The notes: generated by a model not told the origin, from the letters alone. A stretch of 64,000 bases of DNA from Utricularia gibba (GCA_002189035.1 CM007991.1:3472001-3536000), one strand, 5' to 3'. Positions 1 through 12,519 are shown, counted from the stretch's first letter. Numbers and translations: made by a program.

Positions 1-744
1 GAAATCTCACCTGCAGTTGCCGGGAGTATTTTGACATGAGAAACGAAGCGAATTCCTTCGGAGTGAATCTGCTGGTGGAGTTGTAGAATTGGGGTACGTA
101 GTTCAACAGATAATCGTTGCTGCCGAATACCAGTGAATATATGCAGGAACCCAGAAATTCTCGAGCCCTTGTGCGATCGCCCAGCATTTCTTCGGCTCTG
201 GAGACGGTGGATTCATGGTTGGACAATTGCTGCTTCAGGCTGATAACGCCTCCCTTCAGATCAAGGATCGCCTTTTTGTAAGTTGCCTCATACAAGTTTC
301 AGTTGCAGAAAGGGAAGCCATACTTACCGGTTGATCAAGAATCCCAGCTCCACCTGATCCATAGTTAACTCCTCGCAGAAAGTCCTTCTCCTGCGCCTTC
401 GCGTATGGCGGAATGTAGTCATCGAACCCCAGTAACTCAGCTGCGGATAGCAAATAGTTAGTCTGTCTGTTCTCCCTGTCATTCAGGCGATGATGATGAT
501 CACAGTTCATACCCATGATATCTGCGAAGTTTCTCCCGTTGGTGTAGCGGCCGGTCGGGCCGCCGGGGAAGTCGATGCCGTAGGGAAGAAAGTTGGCCTT
601 GTAGACGGTCTGCCGATCGTTGTTGTTGCCGTTGTCGACGATGGAATCCCCGAACACGAAGAAGCAGGGAACTTGTGGCTTGCACTGAGCTGTGATTAAA
701 AAATGCTGGAGGAAGCAGATGATGATAATGTACCTGGGCTCCAT
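1..744 (-). CDS. GDSL esterase/lipase, 5' part; gene continues past the window start
   Basis: Signal peptide followed by FVFGDSIVDNGNNN (block I), PTGRYTNG, GVNYGSGGAGIL and FGSNDY. Exons 744-513, 440-328 and 253-11 are joined in frame by GT-AG introns. Confidence 0.93.
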
Positions 745-2178
745 GGCTCAACAACTGGGCAGAGGAACCTCAATTTATACACAGAACGCCATGGAAACAG
801 GGTTTTAAATTATTAAAAAAAACAAAGTGTTTGTGTAATAGGTCATATGTCGGTTCAAGCTTTAAAAAAAGTTTCTTTTTTAAAGTAAACACCAATTATA
901 TCCAATTTGTCAAGCTTTTAAATAGTGAAAATTAGTTACATTAAATTTTCAATAATATAGATGATTAACAAAGCAATGGTAATCATTTTATAATATTTTA
1001 AATAGTAAAAATCAATCATATCAATTTTTGCTCAAAAAACATGGTTCAATACGACCGGCTCCGGGCAAGATTAGAAACGCTGTGCTGACTGTACTTTCTC
1101 AAAAATAATGGGCCATCTAATTATATATATATATATAATTTTAATAATACTGCCAATTTTTACATTATTTATGCCCAATTACATGATCCAGCCCAACTGC
1201 TTCGGCCAGCTAGTTAAAAATCTAGGCCCAAAAAGAGCCCAACTAGAGGGCCTACTTCAATTACGTGGCCTTTTTTTTACTCAACTATTAAATCAAAATA
1301 AATCGTTTTGGACATGATATTAATTAAATTTAAATTATTATAAAATAAAAAAACGAATCACATCTCAATTACCAGTCAATCACGTTTATATCATAATTTA
1401 AGATCTAAATTTTGAATGAATCATTTTATATTTTTTAATAAAAATATTTAATTACATTCTATTTGACAATGGAGATCTTGAAACCTCTCGTAAGCGATGG
1501 AAAGAAGTAAAAACTGGATCGATAGGGAGAGGGATTAAATTGGTCTGAAAAAATTAAAGATTCAATCATAATTTTGAACATGATCAAACTAATTGTACAA
1601 ACGAAATAGTTAATATTTAGTTGGGGGTATAAAGGGAGATTAATTAATGGGTATTAGATATTACTGTGTTGTTTGATTTGCGAGTTTATATATCCCAAGA
1701 TTATACATATATTTGATAAACCGTGTTGGTGGGATTATGTAAAGTAACAACACCCTAAAAGATTTAACCTTGATTTTTAAAAATGATAATTACTATTAAT
1801 ATCACGTTGTCACAACATTCTACCTCAATGATTGTTTAGAATCCGCCAATTTAGGACACTCCAAACAAAAAACAATTGAAGACAAATGATGATGAGCAAA
1901 AAGCTTGTGGTTACACAAATTCCCACTATCCTCTCACTTCATCCATTCAATCAGAAGTCCATACCTTCAGAAGACAGCAAAAAAGAGTCACATTACAAAA
2001 TTACAGAGACTTTTTTGTCATATGCAGCAGACGCCCCTTGTGATTGATCGTCCAAGATCAAGCACAGTCCTTCCTTCACCAACATCTGCATCCTGGATCT
2101 CCTTCTGCAGCCATAGAATTTACTTCCTCTAAGGTGTGTTCTCCAATGGGAAACGAAGGGAGCTCCCATGGATGGAGG

Positions 2179-5135
2179 ATGAGTTCGCATCATCTGGTTA
2201 TGTGGATTCTGCTGTTCCTCGTCGCTGTATCGGTTTGCTGCGCTGAAGAGAAGGTTGGGGTTGATTCTGGGGGGTCGTTTTTGTGCAACCATGTGCGCTA
2301 TTGATGCGTATGATAGCGACTGAAATTCGGAATCCTGTATTGTGTTGTGTAGGTGTATGTGGTGTACTTTGGAGAGCATACTGGAGAAAGAACGCATGCT
2401 GAGATCGAAGAGACACACCTCTCTTATCTGCTGTCTGTGAAGGAAACTGAAGGGGAAGCTAAGTCTTCTCTCCTTTACAGCTACAAGCACAGCATCAATG
2501 GCTTCTCCGCCCGCCTCACCCCCTCCCAAGCCGCCCAAATCTCCAGTGAAGTTTCTTCCTTTCTTTGATCATATAGTTCTTGGTTTTTACGATCTGTTTG
2601 TTTGTTATGGTGGGTAGAAATGGAGGAAGTGGTGTCGGTGTACGAGAGCGCGCCGTGGAAGTACAGTCTCCACACGACGCGGTCGTGGGAGTTCTCCGGC
2701 GTCGAGGTGGCGGGGGCGGAGGTGACCCACCGGAGTGGCACCGAGGATCTGCTGCTGAAGTCCAAGTACGGGAGCGACGTCGTTGTCGGGGTTGTGGATA
2801 CCGGTATGATCCAATTTATCGTTGCAGACTCGTGACGCTGAAGATTCTGTGTATCGGATCATGTGACCCTGCTGATTTGGATTTAGGTGTTTGGCCGGAA
2901 TCGGAGAGCTTCGACGACAGGGACGTCACCGGCGTCCCCAAGTCGTGGATCGGAATTTGCCAAACGGGTGAAGGGTTCAACTCCACGCACTGCAACAGGT
3001 CAACTGCAAAATGGAAGTAAATTATTTTAATAAAAGAAATCAATTAAATGTTTTTAATTTTCAGGAAAATTATTGGGGCGCGGTACTACATCGCGGGCTA
3101 CGAGGCCCACTACGGCCCACTGAATAGATCCACGGATTTTCTATCCCCACGTGACAAGGACGGGCACGGCACCCACACGGCGTCGACTGCCGCCGGACGC
3201 CAGGTGCAAGGTGTTTCCGCGATCGGCGGATACGCGGCGGGGACGGCCTCCGGAGGAGCGCCACGCGCTCGCCTGGCGATATACAAGGTGTGCTGGCCGA
3301 TTCCGGGAAAGGGAAAAGAGGACGGGGACACGTGCATCGAATCCGACATTCTCGCGGCGATCGACCAGGCGATTGCCGATGGCGTCCATGTGCTTAGCAT
3401 TTCCATTGGGACAAAAACGCCGACGGCGTACCTTGAAGACGGCATCGCTATCGGTTCCTTTCATGCGTTGAAGAAAAACATCGTCGTTTCTTGCAGCGCC
3501 GGCAACAATGGCCCTGGTGCGGCGACGCTGGCGAATACGGCGCCGTGGATCATCACCGTTGGGGCAAGCAGCGTCGATCGTGAATTTATATCCTCCGTCA
3601 CCCTCGGCAACGGGAAGCGCATACCTGTGAGATTACTCATTTCACGATTCGACCTCTGATTCTGTTTGTCATTGGTATTCTTTTTCCGTGTTTCCAGGGC
3701 CAAACGGTGACACCGTACAAGCTGAACAAGTTCTATCCACTCATTCGTGGAGCTCAAGCTGCCAACTCTAGCGTTCCTACAGAGTTGCTTGAGTGAGTAT
3801 GCGTATGTAATTCCTGATCAAAATTAACAAAGCACTGAGACTGTGGTGGGAAATTTACAGCCAATGCATGCCGGGATCTCTTATGCCGGAGAAGGCTACC
3901 GGAAAGATAGTATTCTGCATGCGTGGGAACGGAACCAGGGTTGGCAAAGGCATGGAGGTGAAACGGGCAGGAGGAATAGGCTATGTGTTGGGGAATGGTA
4001 AGCTCAACGGCGATGATTTGGTTGTGGACGCCCATGTTCTCCCGGCTACGGCCATCACTTACAAAAACTCGCTCAAGATTCTTGAATACATCAACTCAAA
4101 TAAGGATTCCACGGCTTATATAACGCCATCGAAGACGGTGATCGGCACGAAACCAGCTCCAACCATGGCTTCTTTCTCCAGTCGAGGCCCGAACACCATT
4201 TTCCCTGATATTCTCAAGGCAATGCGCTTCCCTTCACTCTTAAATTTTCCATCTCCTTTAGGAAATTGGAATTCTGATATGGGATCTTTGCTGTATTTCC
4301 TTGTCTTTAGCCTGATATCACAGGTCCTGGGTTGAATATACTAGCTGCATGGAGCGGAGCATCTTCTCCGACGAGGACGGATGAAGACAAAAGGTCGGTT
4401 AAGTACAACATCCTCTCAGGCACTTCCATGTCCTGCCCACATATTAGCGGTGCCGCTGTCCTCCTCAAGGCCATCCATCCGAACTGGAGCAGCGCCGCGA
4501 TAAGATCAGCCCTCATAACCACAGGTATTCTTCACATTTTGTAGCAATCTTGTTAAGCCATGTAAATGGAGCTCACATAAATTTGCTATCCTGCAGCCGG
4601 TACAGACAACAACGAAGGCACTACAATCACAGATGCCACAGGCCAGCCAGCAAACCCATTCCAATTTGGTGGAGGCCATTTCAGGCCAGTAAAGGCTGTA
4701 GATCCAGGGCTGGTCTACAACGCCTCTTATGTCGACTATCTTCTGTTCTTGTGTGGCAATAGCAGCGCCACCAAACCACCTGCAAGCTTAAACTGCCCGG
4801 CCAATCCTCCTACTCCAGGGAATTTGAACTATCCTTCAGTGCAGATACCTTACCTCAACGATACAGCTGCTGTGGTGAGAACTGTCACAAATGTTGGAAG
4901 CATACAGAGTACATATTATGTTAGCACATCACCACCACCTGGAGTGTCAGTCAAGATATATCCTCCTGTTCTGCACTTCAATTACCTTGGCCAGGCTCAG
5001 AGCTTCACCATCAAAATAAGCAGGGATGGCAAATACAAAGTCAGCAATGACACCGGTAACTATGTGTTTGGATGGTACAAATGGTTTGATGGAATTCATA
5101 GTGTTAGAAGTCCCATTGCAGTAAAGCTAGCATAA
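2179..5135 (+). CDS. Subtilisin-like serine protease, SBT5.6-like, multi-exon
   Basis: Signal peptide [22 protein letters not shown] (alternative ATG at 2146), I9 prodomain ([14 protein letters not shown]), HTTRSWEF, catalytic DTG / HGTHTAST / [10 protein letters not shown] domain and Fn3-like C-terminus ending SPIAVKLA*. One intron has a GC donor (4219). The subfamily call is from memory. Confidence 0.93.
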
Positions 5136-5613
5136 AGTAGGGATCTTTCATTCTGCTGAGTCATTCTTGTTCAGAAGTATGAATCATTGTTCATTCTCAA
5201 ACAAGTTTTCATTTTCAGTTCTCCACAGCATCAGGATTCAATAACCATCGAAAGCAGGATCCAGAAACTTCGATTGATGTTCAACACGACGACAAGTGCT
5301 CAACAAAGAGACACATTGAAACTTGAAAGTATTATCAAGGCTGTTTGTGAGGGATGTAAACAGGTTTACTGTAACAGAAGGCTTAAAGATTATGAAGCAA
5401 TCTGTGTCGCAATACCAGTTCTTTAGTATCTGCCCTTCAACCAAATGCACAGAAACAAGTATTCTGGGCATTAACAAACGGGCAACGTGCACTTACAGCC
5501 TTGTCAATGTACAAAATGACCAAAACAACGAAGAGGGAAAAAAAAATCAGAGAATCGGATTTAACACAAACGTAGTTGAAAGGAAAAAAAAAAGTGAGAA
5601 AAGAAAGCGCAGA

Positions 5614-5694
5614 AGAGATCAGATGGTAGTGCATGATTTTCGATTCATCATTCAGATGCAGAGTACATATATGGGAAAATATCATCACGCCTCT
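5614..5694 (-). ncRNA. SNORD33: Box C/D snoRNA, U33/SNORD33 (snR55-type) homologue
   Basis: Minus strand has box C GTGATGA (5688-5682), D' CTGA, C' ATGATGA and box D CTGA (5622-5619), with terminal stem AGAGG/TCTCT. Guide UCAUGCACUACCAU pairs over 14 nt (with G-U) with conserved 18S GUGGUGGUGCAUGG. The D+5 rule gives the U equivalent to human Um1326 / yeast Um1269. CAUGCACUACCAUCUGA matches the 3' end of U33 as I recall it. Confidence 0.88.
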
Positions 5695-5707
5695 CCTTTC
5701 CGCACCT

Positions 5708-5780
5708 CGTATCAGAAGGAAAACGCCGAGAAAAGAATTATCACACAGGGAACCAATCAAATTGTCAATCATCACATTGA
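5708..5780 (-). ncRNA. Candidate box C/D snoRNA, target not assigned
   Basis: Box C GTGATGA (5775-5769), C'-like GTGATAA and box D CTGA (5715-5712). The C-to-D span of 64 nt is typical, and it lies directly upstream of U33 in the same orientation. Confidence 0.6.
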
Positions 5781-5796
5781 AACCCTAACTGGATGC

Positions 5797-5835
5797 AAAT
5801 TCAGCCTGAGGCGACAAAAAAGTATCATCACACTC
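5797..5835 (-). ncRNA. Additional box C/D elements: either the 5' half of a longer snoRNA or a third, degenerate snoRNA
   Basis: GTGATGA (5831-5825), a 20-nt stretch and CTGA (5804-5801). The spacing is too short for a stand-alone snoRNA, so the boundaries are uncertain. Confidence 0.35.
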
Positions 5836-6039
5836 CCATCGGAAGAACGAGACCCTTACACCCCGAAAATGTACGATGGATGAAATATGAAAAGAAAACA
5901 TCTCTTCTTCACACTCTCTTCAGATCGATTACTTCATGAAACGATTCTACAAGGTAATGCACCGAAGGCATTTTCCAGTCGGCTACGGCGAGCCAATGAC
6001 CCTCAGGTCTGGCTGGCGGGGCGAAAGTGGGGATGGTTG

Positions 6040-6140
6040 TTATATATACAACGCATTAGGGTTTGCCTTATCTGATCTGACCCTGGTTTTCCCATGGGCT
6101 GAAGGCCCAATAATTGAAGGGTCCATTATAGATATGGGCT
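6040..6140 (-). promoter_or_regulatory. Telo-box + TATA + site II promoter for the snoRNA cluster, probably shared with the divergent phosphatase-like locus
   Basis: Minus strand has AAACCCTAA (6064-6056) followed by TATATATAA (6048-6040). Site II-like TGGGCT/GGCCCA occur at 6095, 6104 and 6135. This combination is typical of plant snoRNA and ribosome-biogenesis promoters. Confidence 0.65.
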
Positions 6141-7217
6141 TATAAGGCCGGTAGAGGACCAAGGTTCAAAGCTGCACAGTAACAGATTATAGTTGTTGAC
6201 CGGAGGTCAAAGATACCGAGCGTGTGCTTCACGTTCCAAATCCGAAGACGTTAATTCTGCTCTTTTTATTTTTATTTCCGGAAGCCGGCACGTGTGTATG
6301 AGGTGGTATATTTTCCACGTGGCGGTTGTTTATTTGTGTGAATCCAAAAAGAGAGAGAGCTTGTGGATCGGGATTATCATACCCTACACCCGGCTTTTAC
6401 GTAATATTAGTTGTACCTTTCCGACTACCCTTGCCCCTTGCTGCGCCGAAGGTACAAATGTCATTGCTTGAGAGATGGTGAGAATAATTTGTCATGGCGG
6501 GAGCCGGAGTTTTACAGAGAAAGAGAGCGCGTGTTATTTCTGTTCGCGAGAGAAGGATTGAACTTTATCAGGTATTGCTCACGGTGGTTGTGGTGGTAGA
6601 CCGTGTTAATTTGTTGTTGGGCTCTCGCAGTTTTTTCAAACTTTGGATTCGGTTCCACGCTTTGTTTTTCTTGTAATGAATGGCTCAGTGATCACCTTTT
6701 GGGGTTGTGCAAGTCGTTTTGATTTGAGTTTTACTTGATTAGTTAATATATTTGCTTTTCGCACTCAAGGTGGAATTCGATGTTTTCATTGTACCTGAGG
6801 GATTGATCAGTTCGGCGTGGCTGGATTGGTTAAGGAATTTGAGTTTTTTTTTTCTATAATTTTGGGGTTTTCTGCTTCCAGTATGATTGAATTCTGCCTT
6901 CTGTGCTTACGTATCATGAGATAGATTTATCACCTCTTGCGATTGATGTTGGTACGTATCCCTCGAAGTTATTTATATATTTGTCTAGTTATGTTGTTTA
7001 AGGGTGGTTTGTTCAACTTATACCTACGTACATGGTAGCTAGATTCGGAAACCTTCCTTTTGAATGAGTTACATCGTCCTTCTGAACGAAGGCTTTTTTT
7101 TTTATTTTCCTTGTTTTGATGGCATTTCTGGTATCATTCCTCCTTTTCCAGTTTGAAGCTCGCATGGGCTTCCTCTCTCACTGACGATCGTGGTAAAACA
7201 TTGGCTCTTTGGATCAA

Positions 7218-7952
7218 ATGCCCTCAGTAAAAATGGTGAATAATTCATCTTCTGTCTGCATAAAGGAAAAAAAATGGCCTCACTGATAATTTGGATGTCC
7301 TCTTGAGTATATAACTAGTACTGTTTAGTATTTTCTGTTACCCTGTTCAGCAGATGACTTATGTAAATTTTTGTTTCAACAACTCTCGTTCGTTACACTT
7401 CATGTTGATTGTTTGCAGAAACGCTTGTGCACTCTAGACGGGACCCCAGTGCTGATGCAGGCTTCAACTTTACTGTTTTCTTCAACGAGAAGGGACATGC
7501 GATTTATGTGAAGCCAAGACCACGTCTTCAAACCTTTCTTCATAGGGTGTCTCAAATGTTTGAATTTGTCGTGTTCACAGCTAGTCAGAGCATCTACGCC
7601 AAACAAATTTTTGACGCACTGGATCCGGATGGCATGATTATTTTGAGACGAGCGTATCGTGACTCATGCATCTTTTCTGAAGACACCTATGTGAAAGACT
7701 TGACCATCTTTGGCGTGGACTTGGCGAAAGTTGCCATAGTTGTTAACACTCCACAGGTATCTTTCCTACCAGGAACGGCAGGACTTCACTGCTCTAGGTT
7801 TTCAGGTTGCAAGTTGATAATGGTCTTCCGATTAAGAGCTGGCTCAATGAGCCATCAGAAGCTACACTCCTTTCACTACTGCCTTTCCTAGAGCCCTTGG
7901 TTGATGCCGATGATGGCCCCTCATTGCCAAGGAATTTGGTGACAAGGAATAA
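7218..7952 (+). pseudogene. SCP1-like small CTD phosphatase (SSP4/CTDSPL2-like), internally deleted or degenerate
   Basis: Exon from 7419 reads ETLVHS...YVKPRP...FTASQSIYA...YRDSC...KDL, then RLQVDNGLPIKSW...LLPFLE. The LDLD half of DxDxT is not found upstream. The conserved DN(S/T)P reads VNTP. The GT-AG intron is only 41 nt (7757-7797), the frame breaks near 7917, and an N-terminal remnant MPSVKM at 7218 stops after 22 codons. Confidence 0.7.
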
Positions 7953-8853
7953 GCTCCCAGTGTTCCCTCTGATCAACCCGTACCTCCATCTTTGTATGTG
8001 CTTGCTATTCTATTCTTCACCCTTGACAAATCTTATGCATCTCCTCACATGGTTGAGTCAACCCCTATTGTCATTCTCAAAGCTTCCCTGTTTTAGGCTA
8101 TTAATCTGGCTTGTCCCCACGAGGTAAATTTTGTTTTCTTTGATGTCATCTTAAATGCTTACTTCCTTGTACATAAGCTGATGTATATGAAGAACCATTG
8201 ATGTGAATTCCATATTGTTTCCATCCAAACTGGTTGAATCTTATACTGATATGCCTTCTGTGGAGGCAGTAGTGACAGCACCCCTTATGAGAGGAAACAT
8301 GCCCTCTAATGCTTCTCCTTTTGCAAGTCTCTTCAGACATGTCTGAGAATCTTTGCTTCATGGTTCTTCCCCTAGCTTGCCATTTGTCTATTCTAGGCGT
8401 GGACTTAACAGATTGTGGATGTGGCTCCAGGGCACACAAATCACATAGCCACGTGACAATCTCCAATTCTATAAAAAAAAGGTTTTATTACAGAAATTAA
8501 CATCCTTTAGTGGGAAAAAAAACGGTTTTTTTATTTCCAAAGATGGCTTAGAAAAGGCAAAGTAGACCTTGATCGCGGGATACGAGGGAGGGAGATGGAG
8601 GGGGGTTTTCTTTTCCCTAAACTGTTGAAAACCTCTTCGCCTTTTCGGTGCATTTTGAAGAAAATCTATCCACTCGGCACTGCCCTCTGTTTGCTAACTC
8701 AATCTCTATATAATACACACAATCCTCCTTTGTGGGTGTTTCCAGTTTGTTGTTTTGGCGGGGTGCGATTCTGATTCTTGCGGCGGAATTTGCGATTAAG
8801 GGAAGGGTAAGGAAAGCGTTTGCGTTGCAGTTTTGAGAATTGGAATCAGATCC

Positions 8854-11800
8854 ATGGGTGCGACAAGGGGAAGTGGTTCAGTAAATAGTGGCGGTCCGCA
8901 ATCCATTCCCGCGGGGCGCGGGAGATGTTGCAGAGTTTGAAGGAGATAGTGAATTGTTCCGATTCGGAGATCTATGCTGCTCTTAAAGAATGCAATATGG
9001 ACCCTAACGAGGCCTTTCATCGTCTCCTGTCTCAAGGTTATTGCTTTTCTTGGAAAAAAAAAATACTAAGGGGCTTGTAGAGAGTTCTGGTATATTTCTT
9101 TTGTCTGATTCTGGATTATAGGATAGTGGACCAAGGTAAACAGGCGAGTTTTTTACTCTTTTTAATATTAATCCATGATTCAATTCTCCCAGATCCTTTC
9201 CATGAGGTTAAGAGTAAACGAGAAAAGAAGAAAGAGGTATGCACTATGTTGTAATTTAGCATAATAAAGTTTTCTCTTATTTTTCATGATGCCCTCTCTT
9301 GTATTGTTGAGTGATACTTGTGGGAAGCTTGGGGCCATGTTGTTTTGCGTAGTTCAGCCGAATCTTAACCAATTGCTTAGTACAAAATTTTTGATGCAGG
9401 GTAAATATATTACGGAGTCAAAGCCTTGCTCTAGCAGTAATGTAAGTCGAAGTGGCAAGAGTGGTACTGAAAGATACCTTGGCCGTCATGGTTCAGCGTC
9501 AAATAATTCTTCTGGTACTGTTAAATTCATCATTGTATGTGAATATCGTCATGGATTTTGGCTTTCTGGACTCTGAAGTGACCCAAAACTGAGCTATTAT
9601 ATTTTGCCATTAGAGTGTTCCTCTTTTCCTGGAAAGTCATTAAACAAGAAAGAAAATGGATCATCTCATTCAAGTTATTTTTCCTCAGTCCCTGGTGTGG
9701 CGGGGCATGGAAGAAGCAGAGGGCCCAATGGTTCAAGGTTGACCTTTTAATCCCCTTCATTTCGTTTTGGTACCTCATGACACATCCACTTTTCACATTT
9801 ATGTTGTTTGGATGAATCCTGATCATTTATAATTCTACCTCTTATGTTGCAGTGATGGATTTTCTGCTGAAAGTAAAGGGTCATTTGTTGGAACATATCA
9901 TGAGGAAAAATCTGACTTTGTTCTTCCTGCCAGGACTTCCTGGGTTAGTCATGGTCAGATATCCATGGCTGATATCTTGAAGATGGGAAGATCAAATGAC
10001 GATATTCCAAACAATCAGTCTTCACATCACCACATTTCACGTGGTGATTTAGTACACCCAGGAGACCACGAACCTGAATATCCTTATTCCGAAATTTCCT
10101 CATTTCAGAATGTACAAACCAATGAAGAGTGGCCTTCCATGAAGCAGTTAGCAGCTGCTACTGTAGTATCAGCTCCTGAGTGGATTTTGGATACTGAGAA
10201 TCATGTAGAGATGTCCAGTGTGCTTTCTGATAAGATAGTCCCGCTCCATGAGTCAAAAGAAGTTCAGCATCTTGGTCATTATAGTACTGAAAAGCTAAGA
10301 GCAAGTGAAATATTGTCAGAACCTGTCAGTGGAAAGTTTTCAGATGATTGTTCTAGAGATCATTCTCTTTTGGAAAACAATCTAGACAGGAACAAGAGCG
10401 CTTGCCAGCATGAAGCTAATAGTTTGCATGAAGGTAGGTTATCACTAGTGTGAATTCAATTCAGCCTTAAGGCCTCTTCTAATTTATAAGACATTTTTTA
10501 CATATTTGTAAATGCCTGGTGAAAAATCATGAATGTTTGTGAAATCTCTTGCAGCTTTGGGAGGCAATTATATAGTTAGGCACATTTTGCATTTCTGACC
10601 GTTGGGAGTTTAGTTTCTCATATGGATGTATTTTTGTGAGTCTTGCAGTTGATGAGGTTATTGAATCCGTATCATCTATCGCCCAGAACTTCCAACAATT
10701 AGATGTGAACAAGGATGCCCAAGGCTTGCTATCCGAGGGATATGTAACTTCAGTTGTAATTCCAGATCATTTACAAATTCATGGTGCAGATTGTTCTCAT
10801 TTGAGCTTTGGTAGTTTTGGAGCTGGGTTGAGCATGGAACAGTCTGTTGCAGAATCTGTGCCTAGGAAGGTTAACTTGGAACAGGGACTGCCAATTGAGC
10901 CTGAAATTTCATCAGTTGGTCGTGCTGGAACTAGGTACACTCATAGCATGTTATAATATCTGGTAATCGGTCTTGTTCATTCTGATTTCTGACCTCCTGC
11001 TAACTTATTTTCTGGTTGCTGTTATCATGTTGCAGAATATCCGAGTGTTATGATGATGATTCCCGTGTAAATTCGTCTAATGATGGTTTGTTCCATGGAA
11101 CTGTTGAGGGTTCTAGAAAGTGTGATCAACCCCCAGTGTCACAAACTAACACGTCAAAGCATGAGAGTGCTGGATTAGCACATGGAAATCAGTATTCTTT
11201 TCCTTCAGCCAACCCAGGCTTCAAATTTGATGATTTCCATCACTCAAATACCACTCCTAGCCAAACAAGTTCTCAGATGCAAGAACTCGCTTCCTTCTCA
11301 AATGTTATGGTATGGTGTTTTCTGCGCTTTTCTTTGAGTAGACCAAATAGAAATTCAAGTTATTTTGACGTCGAGGTTAGATCAGGTGATTAGGTGTTCT
11401 GCTTCATGACCTCAATTATGGGAAGATTCACCCGAGTCATCAAGATACTTAATCTGTCTGATTTGAAAAATAATTCATTCCATTCTGCTGATAATTTTGT
11501 TGTCCAACAGCCACACGCCGAGTCTCTTCAAGGCATCTTGCCGTCTGCTAGTGTTCAACCTACCAAGGAATCTGGTGTTCGGTACCCATTCTCTTCTACC
11601 CAGTTAATGCCTGACAAGTATGGAACTTCTGTCTCCTCTGTTGGCATTTCTGCGATTGCACCTGAGGTATTCATTTTCAATGAGTTTTTTTCTGTTAATT
11701 CTGAAGCCTTAATGGTTCTCCTTGGTGCCTTATTTTGCCAGGCTTTGACGATGGCTGGTGTATCAGCAGTGGAACCAGCTTTGTCATCAACCGCACAGCC

Positions 11801-12519
11801 TCCTTTTCCTCAACATCCTTCTATGCAACCGTATTCTCCACCAAGCCTGCCTATGGGTCCATTTGCTAACATGCTCACCTACCCTTCTTACTTGCCTCAA
11901 AGCTACACGCGCATGCCTCCTGCGTTTCAGCAAGCGTTCAATGGCAACGGCGTGCACCCTCAATCTCTTGCTGGTGTACTTTCTCAGTATAAGAACCCTG
12001 ATTCTTCCGGCAGTTTGCATCAGTCTGCTGCTGTCACCCCTGGGCATGGTGAATTGGGAAACAGCACATCGATTCCTGTAAACTTTCCAACGAACCCAAC
12101 TGCAGTGCCTTCAGCATCAAATTTGAACATCGATGATGCTTTACTCTCGCTGCTGCTGGTACGTTGCTCTATCTTGTGGGTTTCTGGAAACGGGATAACT
12201 TCTAACATTCTTTCGTTGGCATACTCAGAATGGAAACCCTGCGTTGTGGCTACAAGGACCTAATTCAAGAACAATGCCAGCAGTTCCATCAAATTCATAT
12301 TACGGTTACCAGGCAAAGCAACTACCGGGAGGATTCAGGCAACCCCAGCAGCAGCCATCCCCGAACTACGCCGGTGTAGGCTTCGGCATCCCCAATCACT
12401 ACAACTCGCAACTGGGCTTGTCACCTGAGCAACAGTCTCACAGTGGAAGAGACATCGCTTTTCGTGGCTCACAAGCACAGCCTAAACAACCCCATCCTTG
12501 GCAGGATGGGGGCTACTAA
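8854..12519 (+). CDS. DUF1296 / GBF-interacting protein 1-like (N-terminal UBA-like domain), multi-exon
   Basis: N-terminus SIPAGAREMLQSLKEIVNCSDSEIYAALKECNMDPNEAFHRLLSQ|DPFHEVKSKREKKKE, internal motif HLQIHGADCSHLSFGSFG, and a P/Q/S-rich C-terminus with WLQGPNSRTMPAVP..YYGYQ. Confidence 0.88.

Noticed and set aside
328-335. Possible frameshift at the end of GDSL exon 2 (…DQP|)
   Set aside because: Exon phases add up (232+113 nt = 115 codons) and exon 3 continues in frame. The exon is simply a few codons shorter than usual.
5323-5883. 186-aa plus-strand ORF
   Set aside because: No recognisable motif, an alternative start codon and low-complexity A-runs. It is the antisense shadow of the snoRNA cluster and its U-rich trailer.
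6000-6025. GCCCCGCCAGCCAGAC-CTGA (minus) resembling a guide to 25S GUUUGGCUGGGGCGGC (U31 region)
   Set aside because: Only 10 contiguous pairs, no box C upstream, and it lies within about 20-40 nt of the TATA box, so it is more likely leader sequence.
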